Positions 9,062 to 18,911 of a DNA stretch of 64,000 nt are shown here, in pieces. The notes beneath the pieces were generated by a model. The model was not told where the DNA came from. It ran no database searches and worked only from the letters and a program-made list of their open reading frames with translations. The position numbers were made by a program, and so were the translations under genes. Where the stretch lies: assembly GCA_965250285.1 (NCBI GenBank), contig OZ252299.1, positions 595,825 through 659,824 of the forward strand. Reading direction: 5' to 3'. The stretch's first letter is position 1. The number at the start of each line of letters is the position of its first letter. Origin of the DNA: Myxococcota bacterium (lineage in GTDB: Bacteria > Myxococcota_A > UBA9160 > UBA4427).

Positions 9062-10040
9062 GGTTTCGATTCTCCGTTTCTCACCCGGTGAGTGGGTGGG
9101 CTCGTATCCGGCGGGGGGGGTGGGCGCGTCGCCGCGGCCGGGGCGGCGTGAGCCTCCCATCTCGGACGCTCGACGGCAATCCCCCCAACCTCAAACCAGC
9201 GTTCGAAAACGGCGGGGGGCGCGGTGCCGTTCGGCCGCGGCTCGAGGCGTGCGGGCGGGTGCTCGGGCGGGTTGGAACAAGCGTTCAGCGGCCCGCAAGC
9301 GATGCCGCAAATCTCGGATTCACGGGCAGAATTCGATTGTTTTCCCGAGGAACCGCGTTGTATCGTGGATCGGATCCAACTCGTGGGGGGGAATCCTCCT
9401 CATCCGTCACGCGTCGCGTGGGCCTCGACTTCGGCGGACCGCAATCCAGGTGCGGTCCGACAAATAGTAAGAAGAAGAAGAGGCCGCGGGCCGTCTGCGG
9501 TGTACAGGTTATGGATCGGGCGTCGTGCTCGGGCGTTTCATCCCGATGCGGTGGGCCACGAAGACTTCCAGCGAAGTTCTTCGTCTGGAGAGGCCGACCG
9601 ATGCGGGTGACACAACCCGAGTGAACCGCGCGCGAAGACTCCGTCGTCTTCGCAGGCGTACGACGCACGAACCGAGCCGGTCTCGCAGCCCGACACGCCC
9701 TCGTGACGCGGTGCTCGCCGGCCCCCGGCCGCCGAACGCCGACCGGATCGACGACGACGGTCGTCGATTGCGCGGGGATGCGGAGCTCGACCCACTGCGA
9801 GCTGGATCGTGGGGGAAAGCGCGCCTCGGCGAGTCGATTGCGGGCCGGCGAAACTCGAGCGTCGGCCTGACTCGTTGGACCCGATCCCGGCTGGGGGTCG
9901 CGTTCGCATCCGGCATGCCATCGGATGGACGTGATCTGCTGTTCGGTTCTCGGGGCCTTGGATGTCGGGCTCTCCCCTCCGGTTCCAACCGGGCGGCCAC
10001 CGCGAGGTTGCGGTGATTCGGTCGGGCTGTTGGAGGGGTC

Positions 10041-13000
10041 ATGATCCAGTTCTTCTGTCGTTCGTTCGCCGGTGCGCACCCCCAGCGAACACGATGGGCC
10101 ACCCGGGTTCTCGCGGTGTTGCTCCTGGCGTTCGGAGCGAGCTCAGGCGGTCTCCTGACCGCCCCGGGCGCGCAGGCGCTCGAAGCGCTCGATGGGCGTG
10201 TTCAGGCACACGGCTTCGTCGAGATGCAGCTGCGCACCATCAGCAAGAACTACACGGGCAACTGGGATCTCGTGCAGTGGTACAACATCTTCAACCTCGA
10301 GCTCGAGGTGGATCTGCTCCAGGACACGATCGGCCCCCTCGACCTCGTCTCGGGCTACGTGCGCGTCGAGGCGCGCTTCGACTGCATCTACAGCCGCGGC
10401 TGCGGCATGGTCAAGCCGGTCAACACTTTCGGCAATCGCGCACGCAGCCTCCCGACTCGGTTGATGGACGGCGACACGTTCACGACCGCCGGCCAGATCA
10501 CGCTCACCGACGACGGCCCGATCGCGCGCCCCGATCGAAACCCGCTCGCGTTCCAGGAGGTGCCGGGCTTCGAGGGTCTCTACGGCGAGGAGCCCGAAGA
10601 TCAGATCGGCCCCGGCGCGCTGCTGCGCCCCGAGCTCATGCAGTGCACGACCTCCGACTGCAGCCCGGCCAACGCCGTATGGCGCCCGTGGAATGCCCCG
10701 ACGCGATTCTGGAAGGCCGATCGCAACCAGAAGTGGGCGTCGACCAGCGGGCAACCGTGGGAGACGATCGACGACGGCACCCAGGGCTCGCCGTTTCTCG
10801 TCAACAACTACGCCTTCGAGGATTTTCGCTTCGCGACGATCCCGGTGATCGGCGGCGCACAGACCGGTCACGCCCAGCAGATCTTCGGCCCCTGGCTGCC
10901 CGAGAACTTCGTCGAGCCGAACGCCGCGATGGCCGACATCGCGAACCCCCTCGACCAGTCACGCGTGTCGCCCGCCAGTCTCTCGTTCGGCGCCGGCGGC
11001 TCGCCGTATCGCCCGATTCCGATCTACCGCGAGGACAACCCCGAGCGCAGCCAGATCTACATTCGCGATCTGCGGCCGTTCACCGACCCGAACCCCGAGC
11101 GCGACGCGAACGGCGACCCGCTCGACGACAAGTTCAACGACTACGACGACACCTTCGGCTGGCAGGTGGTCAACCCGAATGCGCTCGATCGGCGCACGTT
11201 CAACGATCGTGCGGCGGCCGCGAACGAGGCGCGAGGCATCTTCGTGCCGTCGGCGCCGCTGCGGGCCGCCCTCGCCGAGGGCAACCTCGACACCTACAAC
11301 TTCAACTTCACCCAACAGCAGCGCGCCTTCAATCGCGGCGCCGCGCAGCAGGACGAAGGCGAGCTCAAAGAGGCCTACCTCGACATCGAGATGTTCGACA
11401 GCCGACTGTGGATGCGCGTCGGCAAGCAGACCATCGTCTGGGGCAAGACCGAGCTCTTCCGCACGACCGATCAGTTCAACCCGCAGGATCTCGCGCTCGC
11501 CAATCTGCCGAGCCTCGAAGAGTCGCGCATCGCGCTCTGGGCGTGGCGCGGCGTGTGGTCGTTCTACGAAGTCGGCCCGCTCTCCGACGTGCGCGCCGAG
11601 CTGGCGTTCAACTTCGACGAGTTCGAATCGGCCGATCTCGGCGCCTGCGGCGAGCCCTTCACGATCAACATCGTCTGCCAGCTGACCTTCGGCGCCATGG
11701 CGCACGGCTTCACCGGCATCGGCGTGGTCGGTCAGGAGCAGCCGCCGAACCCGTGGGACAGCCTCAAGGGCTGGGAGATCGGCGGCCGCCTCGAGTTTCG
11801 CTGGGACCGGTTCAGCTTCGCGATCACCGACTTCTACGGCTACGACGACTTTCCGCACGTGCGCCGCCTGTCGACCTACAACCGCAACGTCGACTGGCGC
11901 ACCGGTCGCCCCCGCGTCTACATGCACAGCGAGCAGGATCTGCAGCTGTCGTTCGACGGCACGGTCGGTCGCGGCTGCGCGACGCCGACCGATCCCGGCA
12001 TTCCGACGACGGGCGGCGTGATCGACAACAGCGCGAGCGCGACCCCCGGCTATGTCGAATACGACGGGGCCGAGAACGCGGGCTGCCTGACGCCCGGTTC
12101 GTCGAATCGCATGGTCGACTCGGCCGGCAAGCCCTACCAGGTGCCCTTCGGCACGCCCGACTCGCGCGACAATCCGTGGGGCAAGTACTCCACGCAGTTC
12201 TGGAACGACACGTCGCGCGCAGACGCCAACGACCCCCGCCCCGACTGCTTCGAGGGGACGGGCGGCTCGAACAACGTGTCGCCCGACTGCCTCGCGCTGG
12301 CCGACTACGATCCCCGGTACGACCCGAACAACACGCTCGCCAACAACTACGGCACGTCGCAAGGTCGACTCGATGCCCGCTTCATCAGCGACCTCAACCC
12401 GGCCTGGTTGAACTCGTACGACCCGACCCTGCGGTACGACCCGCGCAACGCACTCGAGCAGTCGCCGACCAACCTGTCGGTGTTCAACTGGGTCTGCGCT
12501 TCGACCGTGGGCTTCAGCGAGCTCGACCCCTCGGCCTGCGCCACGACGGTCTTCAGCTCGCAGCGCTACTCGCGGGGCGTGCAGAACCCGGTGTCGTATC
12601 TGCTCGCCGGCGTGATCAGCGGCTCGCAGAACATCAACGTGGCGCTCTCGGGGGCCAGCGCGAACGAGTCGCTCTCGTACTTCACCAGCATCCCGCAGCT
12701 CATGGGCATCCCCTTCATGCGGCTGCACGTCGACACCATCGCCGAGGTCGACGACGAGGCGACACCCAACCTGAACGAGGCGCTCTTCACCTACGATCGC
12801 CGCGCCCAGTGGGCGGTCGAGACGGGTGTGGCCGGCGCGGCCGCCGACCTCGACCAGATGCTGATCCGCGCGCGTGAGGGCGAGAGCTACAACTGCCTGT
12901 CGCGCGGCTTCACCCAGGCTTCGGCGCTCACCGGTCAGGCGGTGCTCTGCGGCGGCTATGCCTGGCGCGGCACGGGCGTCGACACGCGCTCGCAGGTCGT

Positions 13001-15764
13001 CGGCCACATCTCGCGCGGGTTCGCGCCCGAGCAGGAGGCGCTGCTCGGCTGCGGGCCCTACTTCGGGACGAGCTGTGACGCGAACGGCGTCGACCTGCTC
13101 TGGGCCGAGGGCAGCGCGCTGCTGCAGTCGGCGATCGGTAACGACTCGATTGGCATCGCCTTCAGCGATCTGGGCATCCAGGATCTCGTGCCCGAGATCT
13201 ACGGCGACCGGCTGATGGACAACGGCAGCATCCCGCTCGAGTACCGCACCGACGGCCGCGTGATCGGTGTCGATGGTCAGCTGATCCGCATCAACGAGAC
13301 GACGGGGCTGCCCGAGCTCGGCACCGCCGAGGGCGCGGCGACGGGCTTCGTCGGTCGAAACGGCCAGGCGATCGGTCATGACGGCAACGACTGCAATCTG
13401 ACGTACGAGCCGTTCAATGTCGATCCGACCACGCAGGAGCAGCGCCTGCGGACGGCCGCCGCCAACCGCTTCAACTCGCGCTGCTGGGATCGCCGCGAGT
13501 ACTTCGTGGTGAACGGCATCCAGCCGGGCACGTCGGCCTTCGAGATCCAGGGGCTCGGCGGGCCGAAGTGCACGACCGCCGACATCGGCGGGCCGCAGGG
13601 CGCCTCGGGCATCCTGCCCGGCTGCCGCAACAAGTGGGCAACGATCCGCTACAACCGCGTGCTGCAGCCGGGCGAGGGCGAGTACCACCCGAACAACCCG
13701 CTCGCCGAGTACGTCGGCAACAACTATCTCGGTACGGTGGGCGACCCGACCGGGCAGCGCACCGACTACCAGCAGATCGACCTCGCGGCCCAGTTTGGCT
13801 GGTGCCCGGCAAGCGACCCCGACTGCAACGTAAACGCCCCCGACGGCCGGCTGGTGACGCTGACGGGTGGCCAGGTCGATCCCACGGGTCGCGCGACCAC
13901 GGGTTCGGGTCTCAACTGGGGCGTGTACTCGCCCGGCCAGGTGCCCGGCTGCGACGTCGCGGGCTCCGAGGACGATCCCCGCTGCTACCTCGCCGGCTGG
14001 GTGCAGACCACCGACGGCGACCCCGACCGACTGGGCGTGCTCTTCCCCGACGAGGGCGCGATCGACTTTCCGCAGGTCTTCCAGGCGACCGGCGGCTTCG
14101 ACTTCGGCACCGGGCCCGAGGATCTCGGCACCTGGGTCACGAACATCGTGCAGCGCGACTACGTGAACATTCGCGCCGGCACGCCCTTCGGCGCCGATCC
14201 GTCGGGCTGCACCGAGATGCAGGCCTGGGTCTGGATGCAGCGCGTCGCCGACGAGCACGGCGGCGGCTACATCAACCACGCCGAATGTACGTCGGTCAAG
14301 ACGGGCATCGGGGCGGGCCATCCCTTCACCGGTGAGAGCTGGTCGAGCGAGGTCGCGGGCCTCTCCTTCAACTTCATGATGCTGCTGGTCGCCTTCTCGC
14401 CCGAGTTCGCCGACGGCATCGCGAGCGTGCGCGGCTTCGTCGACCCCGCGACGTACGACGCGAAGCTCTACTCGGACCAGCCGCTGACGTCGGACGACGC
14501 GAACTTCGATCGGCGCGACAGCGTGGCCGAGTCGGGCATCGACGATCAGCTGTTGCCGTGCCCGGTGACGGAGACGAACTGCAGCCGCCTGCAGCGCGAC
14601 CCCGATCTGCCGAACGTGCTCGACGTCTTTCCCGATCTGAAGTGGTACGAGCAGCAGTCGCCCTGGGCCTTCCGCGAGAACGCGGCCCGGCGCCTTCGCC
14701 TCGGCACGTCGGCGGGGCAGAACATCGACGCGATCGGCGCGGGCGCCGCCGAGATCGCGCGCGGCTCGGACGGCAAGATCTTCAGCCAGGGCGAGAACGG
14801 CGGGCGACACCGCTGGCGCGGCCTGATCCACACCATGCTCTGGGACTACGCCTTCACGGGCAGCGAAAACCAGCTCATGGCGTTGATCCCGAAGTGCACC
14901 GACGAGCGGGCCACCCAGGCGCGCATGATCCAGGGCAGCGTCAAGTTCGTGAACCCGTCGCGCATCGACTGCCGCGAGGGCTCGGCAGGTGAGACGCTCG
15001 GCAGCGAGCGCTGCACCTTCGTCACGCCGCAGCACTGCTCGCTGGTGCAGGCGCTGTACAGCGTGGCCGGTCAGAAGCGCAACATCATGCGCGCGGGCGG
15101 CAACGGCACCTTCGGTCGCCGGACGATGCAGTGGCAGTCGGGCAGCGAGGTCTACCTGAGCTATGAGAAGCGCAACGTGCTCGGCTTCTCGATGGACTTC
15201 GCGGAGGACTTCACGAAATCGAATTGGTCGACCGAGTTCACGTTCATCAAGGGCATCCCGACGGCCGACGCGAACTCGTACGAGCTGAACACCCGCACCG
15301 ATACCTACAACCTGACGGTCTCGGTGGATCGACCGACCTTCGTCAACTTCCTGAACTCGAACCGCACGATCTTCATCAACTCGCAGTGGTTCTTCCAGTA
15401 CCGCAGCAACTACAACAGCGGCATGGGCCCGAACGGGCCGTGGAACACGCTGGCGACGCTGTCGGCCTTCACGGGCTACTTCCAGGATCGCCTCAACCCG
15501 GCCATCACCGGCGTGTACGACTTCCGGTCGCGCTCGGGCGCGGCGCTGCCGTCGATCAACTACCGCTTCAGCGAGGCGTTCTCGATCACGGTCGGCGCGT
15601 CGATCTTCTTCGGTCGACAGCAGCTGCAGCCGATGCAGGTGAACCCGATCGGGCCTGCGATCGAGCGCGGCGGCGTGACCCCGTATCAGGACGGCTTCTT
15701 CGGCGGTCTGTCGCTGATCAAGGATCGCGACGAGGTCTACATGACGCTGCGGTACACGTTCTGA
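10041..15764 (+). CDS. Giant DUF1302-like outer-membrane protein (1907 aa) with large Cys-rich insertion
   Basis: Signal peptide. DUF1302-type segments LKEAYLDIE, RVGKQTIVWGKTELFRTTDQFNPQD, RNVLGFSMDFAED and VSVDRPTF. Ends in VYMTLRYTF (beta-signal-like). RBS GGAGGGG at 10032-10038. Confidence 0.75.
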   Translation: MIQFFCRSFAGAHPQRTRWATRVLAVLLLAFGASSGGLLTAPGAQALEALDGRVQAHGFVEMQLRTISKNYTGNWDLVQWYNIFNLELEVDLLQDTIGPLDLVSGYVRVEARFDCIYSRGCGMVKPVNTFGNRARSLPTRLMDGDTFTTAGQITLTDDGPIARPDRNPLAFQEVPGFEGLYGEEPEDQIGPGALLRPELMQCTTSDCSPANAVWRPWNAPTRFWKADRNQKWASTSGQPWETIDDGTQGSPFLVNNYAFEDFRFATIPVIGGAQTGHAQQIFGPWLPENFVEPNAAMADIANPLDQSRVSPASLSFGAGGSPYRPIPIYREDNPERSQIYIRDLRPFTDPNPERDANGDPLDDKFNDYDDTFGWQVVNPNALDRRTFNDRAAAANEARGIFVPSAPLRAALAEGNLDTYNFNFTQQQRAFNRGAAQQDEGELKEAYLDIEMFDSRLWMRVGKQTIVWGKTELFRTTDQFNPQDLALANLPSLEESRIALWAWRGVWSFYEVGPLSDVRAELAFNFDEFESADLGACGEPFTINIVCQLTFGAMAHGFTGIGVVGQEQPPNPWDSLKGWEIGGRLEFRWDRFSFAITDFYGYDDFPHVRRLSTYNRNVDWRTGRPRVYMHSEQDLQLSFDGTVGRGCATPTDPGIPTTGGVIDNSASATPGYVEYDGAENAGCLTPGSSNRMVDSAGKPYQVPFGTPDSRDNPWGKYSTQFWNDTSRADANDPRPDCFEGTGGSNNVSPDCLALADYDPRYDPNNTLANNYGTSQGRLDARFISDLNPAWLNSYDPTLRYDPRNALEQSPTNLSVFNWVCASTVGFSELDPSACATTVFSSQRYSRGVQNPVSYLLAGVISGSQNINVALSGASANESLSYFTSIPQLMGIPFMRLHVDTIAEVDDEATPNLNEALFTYDRRAQWAVETGVAGAAADLDQMLIRAREGESYNCLSRGFTQASALTGQAVLCGGYAWRGTGVDTRSQVVGHISRGFAPEQEALLGCGPYFGTSCDANGVDLLWAEGSALLQSAIGNDSIGIAFSDLGIQDLVPEIYGDRLMDNGSIPLEYRTDGRVIGVDGQLIRINETTGLPELGTAEGAATGFVGRNGQAIGHDGNDCNLTYEPFNVDPTTQEQRLRTAAANRFNSRCWDRREYFVVNGIQPGTSAFEIQGLGGPKCTTADIGGPQGASGILPGCRNKWATIRYNRVLQPGEGEYHPNNPLAEYVGNNYLGTVGDPTGQRTDYQQIDLAAQFGWCPASDPDCNVNAPDGRLVTLTGGQVDPTGRATTGSGLNWGVYSPGQVPGCDVAGSEDDPRCYLAGWVQTTDGDPDRLGVLFPDEGAIDFPQVFQATGGFDFGTGPEDLGTWVTNIVQRDYVNIRAGTPFGADPSGCTEMQAWVWMQRVADEHGGGYINHAECTSVKTGIGAGHPFTGESWSSEVAGLSFNFMMLLVAFSPEFADGIASVRGFVDPATYDAKLYSDQPLTSDDANFDRRDSVAESGIDDQLLPCPVTETNCSRLQRDPDLPNVLDVFPDLKWYEQQSPWAFRENAARRLRLGTSAGQNIDAIGAGAAEIARGSDGKIFSQGENGGRHRWRGLIHTMLWDYAFTGSENQLMALIPKCTDERATQARMIQGSVKFVNPSRIDCREGSAGETLGSERCTFVTPQHCSLVQALYSVAGQKRNIMRAGGNGTFGRRTMQWQSGSEVYLSYEKRNVLGFSMDFAEDFTKSNWSTEFTFIKGIPTADANSYELNTRTDTYNLTVSVDRPTFVNFLNSNRTIFINSQWFFQYRSNYNSGMGPNGPWNTLATLSAFTGYFQDRLNPAITGVYDFRSRSGAALPSINYRFSEAFSITVGASIFFGRQQLQPMQVNPIGPAIERGGVTPYQDGFFGGLSLIKDRDEVYMTLRYTF

Positions 15765-15787
15765 CGCCACCCCGATCCGGATCGGCC

Positions 15788-15828
15788 CGCCCGCCCTCGC
15801 TGCCCGGCAGCGGGGGCGGGCGTCGTTT
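15788..15828 (+). terminator. Probable intrinsic terminator of the DUF1302-like gene
   Basis: 16-bp stem (15788-15803 with 15807-15822, one G-U), followed by TCGTTT. Confidence 0.6.
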
Positions 15829-15988
15829 GCGGTGCCGCGAGAGGCGCGCGGAGGTCGTCTCGAGGGATGCTCTGCAGAACTCGCTCCACGCATGTTGGAA
15901 CAGCTCTGGGCGGCGACCTCGATGACGCGATGCGACCCAAACCGATGCCACCAGAAGCGAGTGCTGCGCACCAACCGAAGCGTCCCGA

Positions 15989-16106
15989 GGCCGGGGCAGG
16001 CGGGGGTACCGCGCGCAGTTCGCAGGCGCGCTGGGTGCAGCATGCGAGTTTCCCTGATGGGTCGCGCCGAGAATGTCTGAGCACGGTGCCCCCGCCTGCC
16101 CCGGCC
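15989..16106. repeat. 23-bp inverted repeat enclosing 72 nt, between convergent genes
   Basis: GGCCGGGGCAGGCGGGGGTACCG (15989-16011) and CGGTGCCCCCGCCTGCCCCGGCC (16084-16106); one mismatch, a G-U pair on the + strand. Confidence 0.75.
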
Positions 16107-16206
16107 CTGGCACGGCAGACCGGGCAGAGGTTCCCTATCGGGACCGGGGGACGCGCGCGCGGGGTCGTCTCTTTGCGGGGCCGGGTGACGCGCGCGGCGG
16201 TCGTCG

Positions 16207-17694
16207 TCAGCGGCCGCGCAGCAGCGAGTCGGACGACATCAGCTGCCGCCGATCGTCGTCGCTCCAGGGCAGGCTGCGCACGTCGAAGCTCTCGCGGATC
16301 CATCCCCCCTCGCCATCGAGGGCGTTGAAGAACGCGGCGGCCACCGGCTCGAGCACGTGGGCCTGGCTGCCGCCCGGCCACTCGGGGTACTGGGGGATGT
16401 CATCGCTGTAGCGGTGGGCGAAGACACCGATCTCGACGAGGCGGCGTCGGTCGGTGCGTGAGATCCAGTAGAGCGGGTGCTGGGTCTGTTCGTCGAGATA
16501 GATCGTGATCGTGCGGATCGTCTCGTTCTTGCGCTTGAGCGCGCCCTCGATCACGACCGCCGAGCGTACGTCCCAGCGGTCGCTCGCGAGAGAGAGCCCC
16601 GAGTAGCCGTAGAGCCGCTCTTCCTCGATCGGATAGCCCGACTGATTGCTGTTGATCGGCGCGATGACGACGGTGCGGCCGCGCACGCGCCAGACGAACG
16701 CGTTGGGGCGAAGCTCGAGCCCCGTGAAGCCGATGCGCGCGTCCTCGGTCTCGCCGATGTTGATGCCGGCGCCGGGGTTCACCGCGCCGGTGCCCACCGC
16801 GATGCCCCCGCCTCCGGACTGGCCCGACCACGTGAACCTCGGCGTATAGAAGCCGTCGACCCAGTTCGTTGCGGCCCGGCGCACCTTCCGCATCGACGGC
16901 ACGTAGACGAAGATGTCGTCGGGCTCTTCCCAGCGCCGCGCGCTCTTCTCGACGCGGTACTGGCGCCAGGCGAGGCCGCGGGCGGCGAAGGGGTGGCTGA
17001 ACGATCCCGCGCCCACCCAGAGCCGATCCTTCGCCTCGGGTACGGCATAGCCCTGCTCCCACAGATCGGCGCGCTCCTTCAGCTTGAGCAGGCTGAACTC
17101 GCCGCGATAGGTCTGGGTGCGGCCGAGGCCGCTCGCGTGGCTGCGAATGCGCATGCGACCGCGATGGCCCGCCCCGCGGTAGCGCTTCTCGAAGTTCCAG
17201 GCCCAGCGCAGGCCCGCGGTGCTGTCGTCGTCGGCGAACGTGTCGGGGGGGAAGGGCTGGCCCGCCGTGTAGTTCTCGAGGTTGCCGTGCTTGTCGAGCT
17301 TCGGCTGCCCCTTGAACTGCTCGGTCGCCGAGCGGTAGGCCTTCGGGATGATGAAGCGGCGGTGGCACGGGCCGATCTCCATCTGCATGCCTTCGAAGAA
17401 GAAGACCTCGCGGAACTTCCACAGCTCGGAGGGAAGCAGGGTGCGCAGCGCGAGCAGTGAATCCTTGTCGATCGTCATGCCGGGCTCGATGACGACCGGG
17501 GCGGCGTCCTCTTGCGTCTGCCCGTCTTCGCTCGTCGCCTGAAGCGTGGGGCAGTCGCCCTCGTCGGGCGTCGCCGACGCGGCCTGCGCCGCGAGCAGGG
17601 CCCACGCTGCGGCGAGGGCGGCACGCCAGAACGAAGAGCGGCGCGCGCATCGCCGGCGCGGCTGCGCAGCGAGTTGGGGGCGGGTCGTCGGCAC
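16207..17694 (-). CDS. DUF1329-family (LolA-like) periplasmic protein
   Basis: Signal peptide ending AQAASA; YRSATEQ...GNLENYTAGQPFP...AGLRWAWNF; VYVPSMRKVRR. GTG start at 17694 after GAGGAG. Confidence 0.78.
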   Translation of the reverse strand: MPTTRPQLAAQPRRRCARRSSFWRAALAAAWALLAAQAASATPDEGDCPTLQATSEDGQTQEDAAPVVIEPGMTIDKDSLLALRTLLPSELWKFREVFFFEGMQMEIGPCHRRFIIPKAYRSATEQFKGQPKLDKHGNLENYTAGQPFPPDTFADDDSTAGLRWAWNFEKRYRGAGHRGRMRIRSHASGLGRTQTYRGEFSLLKLKERADLWEQGYAVPEAKDRLWVGAGSFSHPFAARGLAWRQYRVEKSARRWEEPDDIFVYVPSMRKVRRAATNWVDGFYTPRFTWSGQSGGGGIAVGTGAVNPGAGINIGETEDARIGFTGLELRPNAFVWRVRGRTVVIAPINSNQSGYPIEEERLYGYSGLSLASDRWDVRSAVVIEGALKRKNETIRTITIYLDEQTQHPLYWISRTDRRRLVEIGVFAHRYSDDIPQYPEWPGGSQAHVLEPVAAAFFNALDGEGGWIRESFDVRSLPWSDDDRRQLMSSDSLLRGR

Positions 17695-17907
17695 GGGCTC
17701 CTCCCGGGGTGCTTCGGCGCGCCTCGGCGCTCGGCGGACGAGCGAGTCTACCGGTCGCGGCGCGCCCGCGCGTGGGTGGCGGGGCAACCCTGCGGGCGTG
17801 ACGCGAGGGCGGACGGGGGACGGGTCGAGGTTGCCCGCATGACGCGAGGGCGTGCCGGGTGGGTCGGGCTACCCTGCCGGGGCCTTCGAAGCGCCGGAGC
17901 CCAATCC

Positions 17908-18879
17908 ATGGCCAGAAGATCGATCGGTGTCCCGGTCACCGTCGGCACGGTCCTCATCGTGCTGGTGCTCGCGCTCGCCGTCGGCTGGCAGGTGCTCGTA
18001 TGGACTGATTCCGGGCCCGACCCGGCCGCGCTGCCCCGCCTCGACTGGCTGCTGCTGGTGCTCGGCACGACGTTCTTCGCAGTGGTCATGATCGGTCTCG
18101 TCTGGCTCTGCACCTGGCTGGTCGCCGAGGTTCGCCTCAATCAGCGCCAGCGCGCGTTTCTCGACGCCGTGACCCACGAGATGAAGACCCCGCTCGCGTC
18201 GGTTCGGCTCGGCCTCGAGACCCTCGATCGGCACAACCTCGACGAAGCGCGTCGGCACGACTTTCTGCGCAGCATGGGCGAAGACCTCGATCGCCTCGAC
18301 GAGACGATCGCGCTCGTCCTGGCCGCAGCGCGGGCCGAGGAGCGAGGCCGGGGCGACTGGCGCCGACGCCCGGCCATCGAGCTGGGGGACGTGATCGACG
18401 ACTCGGTGCACGAGCTCGTCGAGCGCCACGGGCTACCGGCCTCGGCCGTCACGGTCGATCCGATCGCCCCGGTTCGCGTGCTCGGCGATCGCAGCGAGCT
18501 CTCGCTGATCTTCCGCAATCTGCTCGAGAATGCGTTCAAGTACTCGCGGGGTGAGCCGGCGATCCACGTGAGCGTGCAGCAGCCCTCCGAGGGCCGCGTT
18601 GCGATCGCGATCGGCGACGAGGGCATCGGGATCCCGCGCCACGAGCTGCGCAAGATCTTCAACCGCTTCTATCGTGCGGGGCGCGACGTGCAGAGGCAGG
18701 TGGCGGGGCTCGGCCTCGGGCTCTTCGTCGTGCGTGCCATGGTGCGCAAGCAGGGGGGGCGTGTGGTCGCCGAGAGCGAAGGAGCGGGCCAGGGCAGCCG
18801 CTTCGTCGTGACGTTGCGCACAGCAGCTCGCAGCGAGCGCAGCGCCAGCAGCATGCACCCGGCGCCCCACGCCGGCTGA
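17908..18879 (+). CDS. Sensor histidine kinase (two TM helices, very short loop)
   Basis: H-box VTHEMKTPL, N-box NLLENAFKYS, DEGIGIP, IFNRFYR and GLGLGL. Confidence 0.93.
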   Translation: MARRSIGVPVTVGTVLIVLVLALAVGWQVLVWTDSGPDPAALPRLDWLLLVLGTTFFAVVMIGLVWLCTWLVAEVRLNQRQRAFLDAVTHEMKTPLASVRLGLETLDRHNLDEARRHDFLRSMGEDLDRLDETIALVLAAARAEERGRGDWRRRPAIELGDVIDDSVHELVERHGLPASAVTVDPIAPVRVLGDRSELSLIFRNLLENAFKYSRGEPAIHVSVQQPSEGRVAIAIGDEGIGIPRHELRKIFNRFYRAGRDVQRQVAGLGLGLFVVRAMVRKQGGRVVAESEGAGQGSRFVVTLRTAARSERSASSMHPAPHAG

Positions 18880-18911
18880 GGGCTTCGAGGCCCGCGAGGA
18901 AGACGTCGCAC

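Noticed and set aside
10959-16043. Very long antisense and off-frame ORFs (e.g. 10959-16043 1694 aa, 25284-28508, 2490-5426, 37756-40164, 61184-63373)
   Set aside because: They are shadow ORFs opposite or overlapping well-supported genes. Stop-poor frames are expected at this GC and codon bias, and the translations show no motifs.
16050-16080. CTGATG...GAGA...GTC resembling a hammerhead ribozyme core
   Set aside because: It lacks the CUGAnGA and GAAA consensus and a proper stem II.
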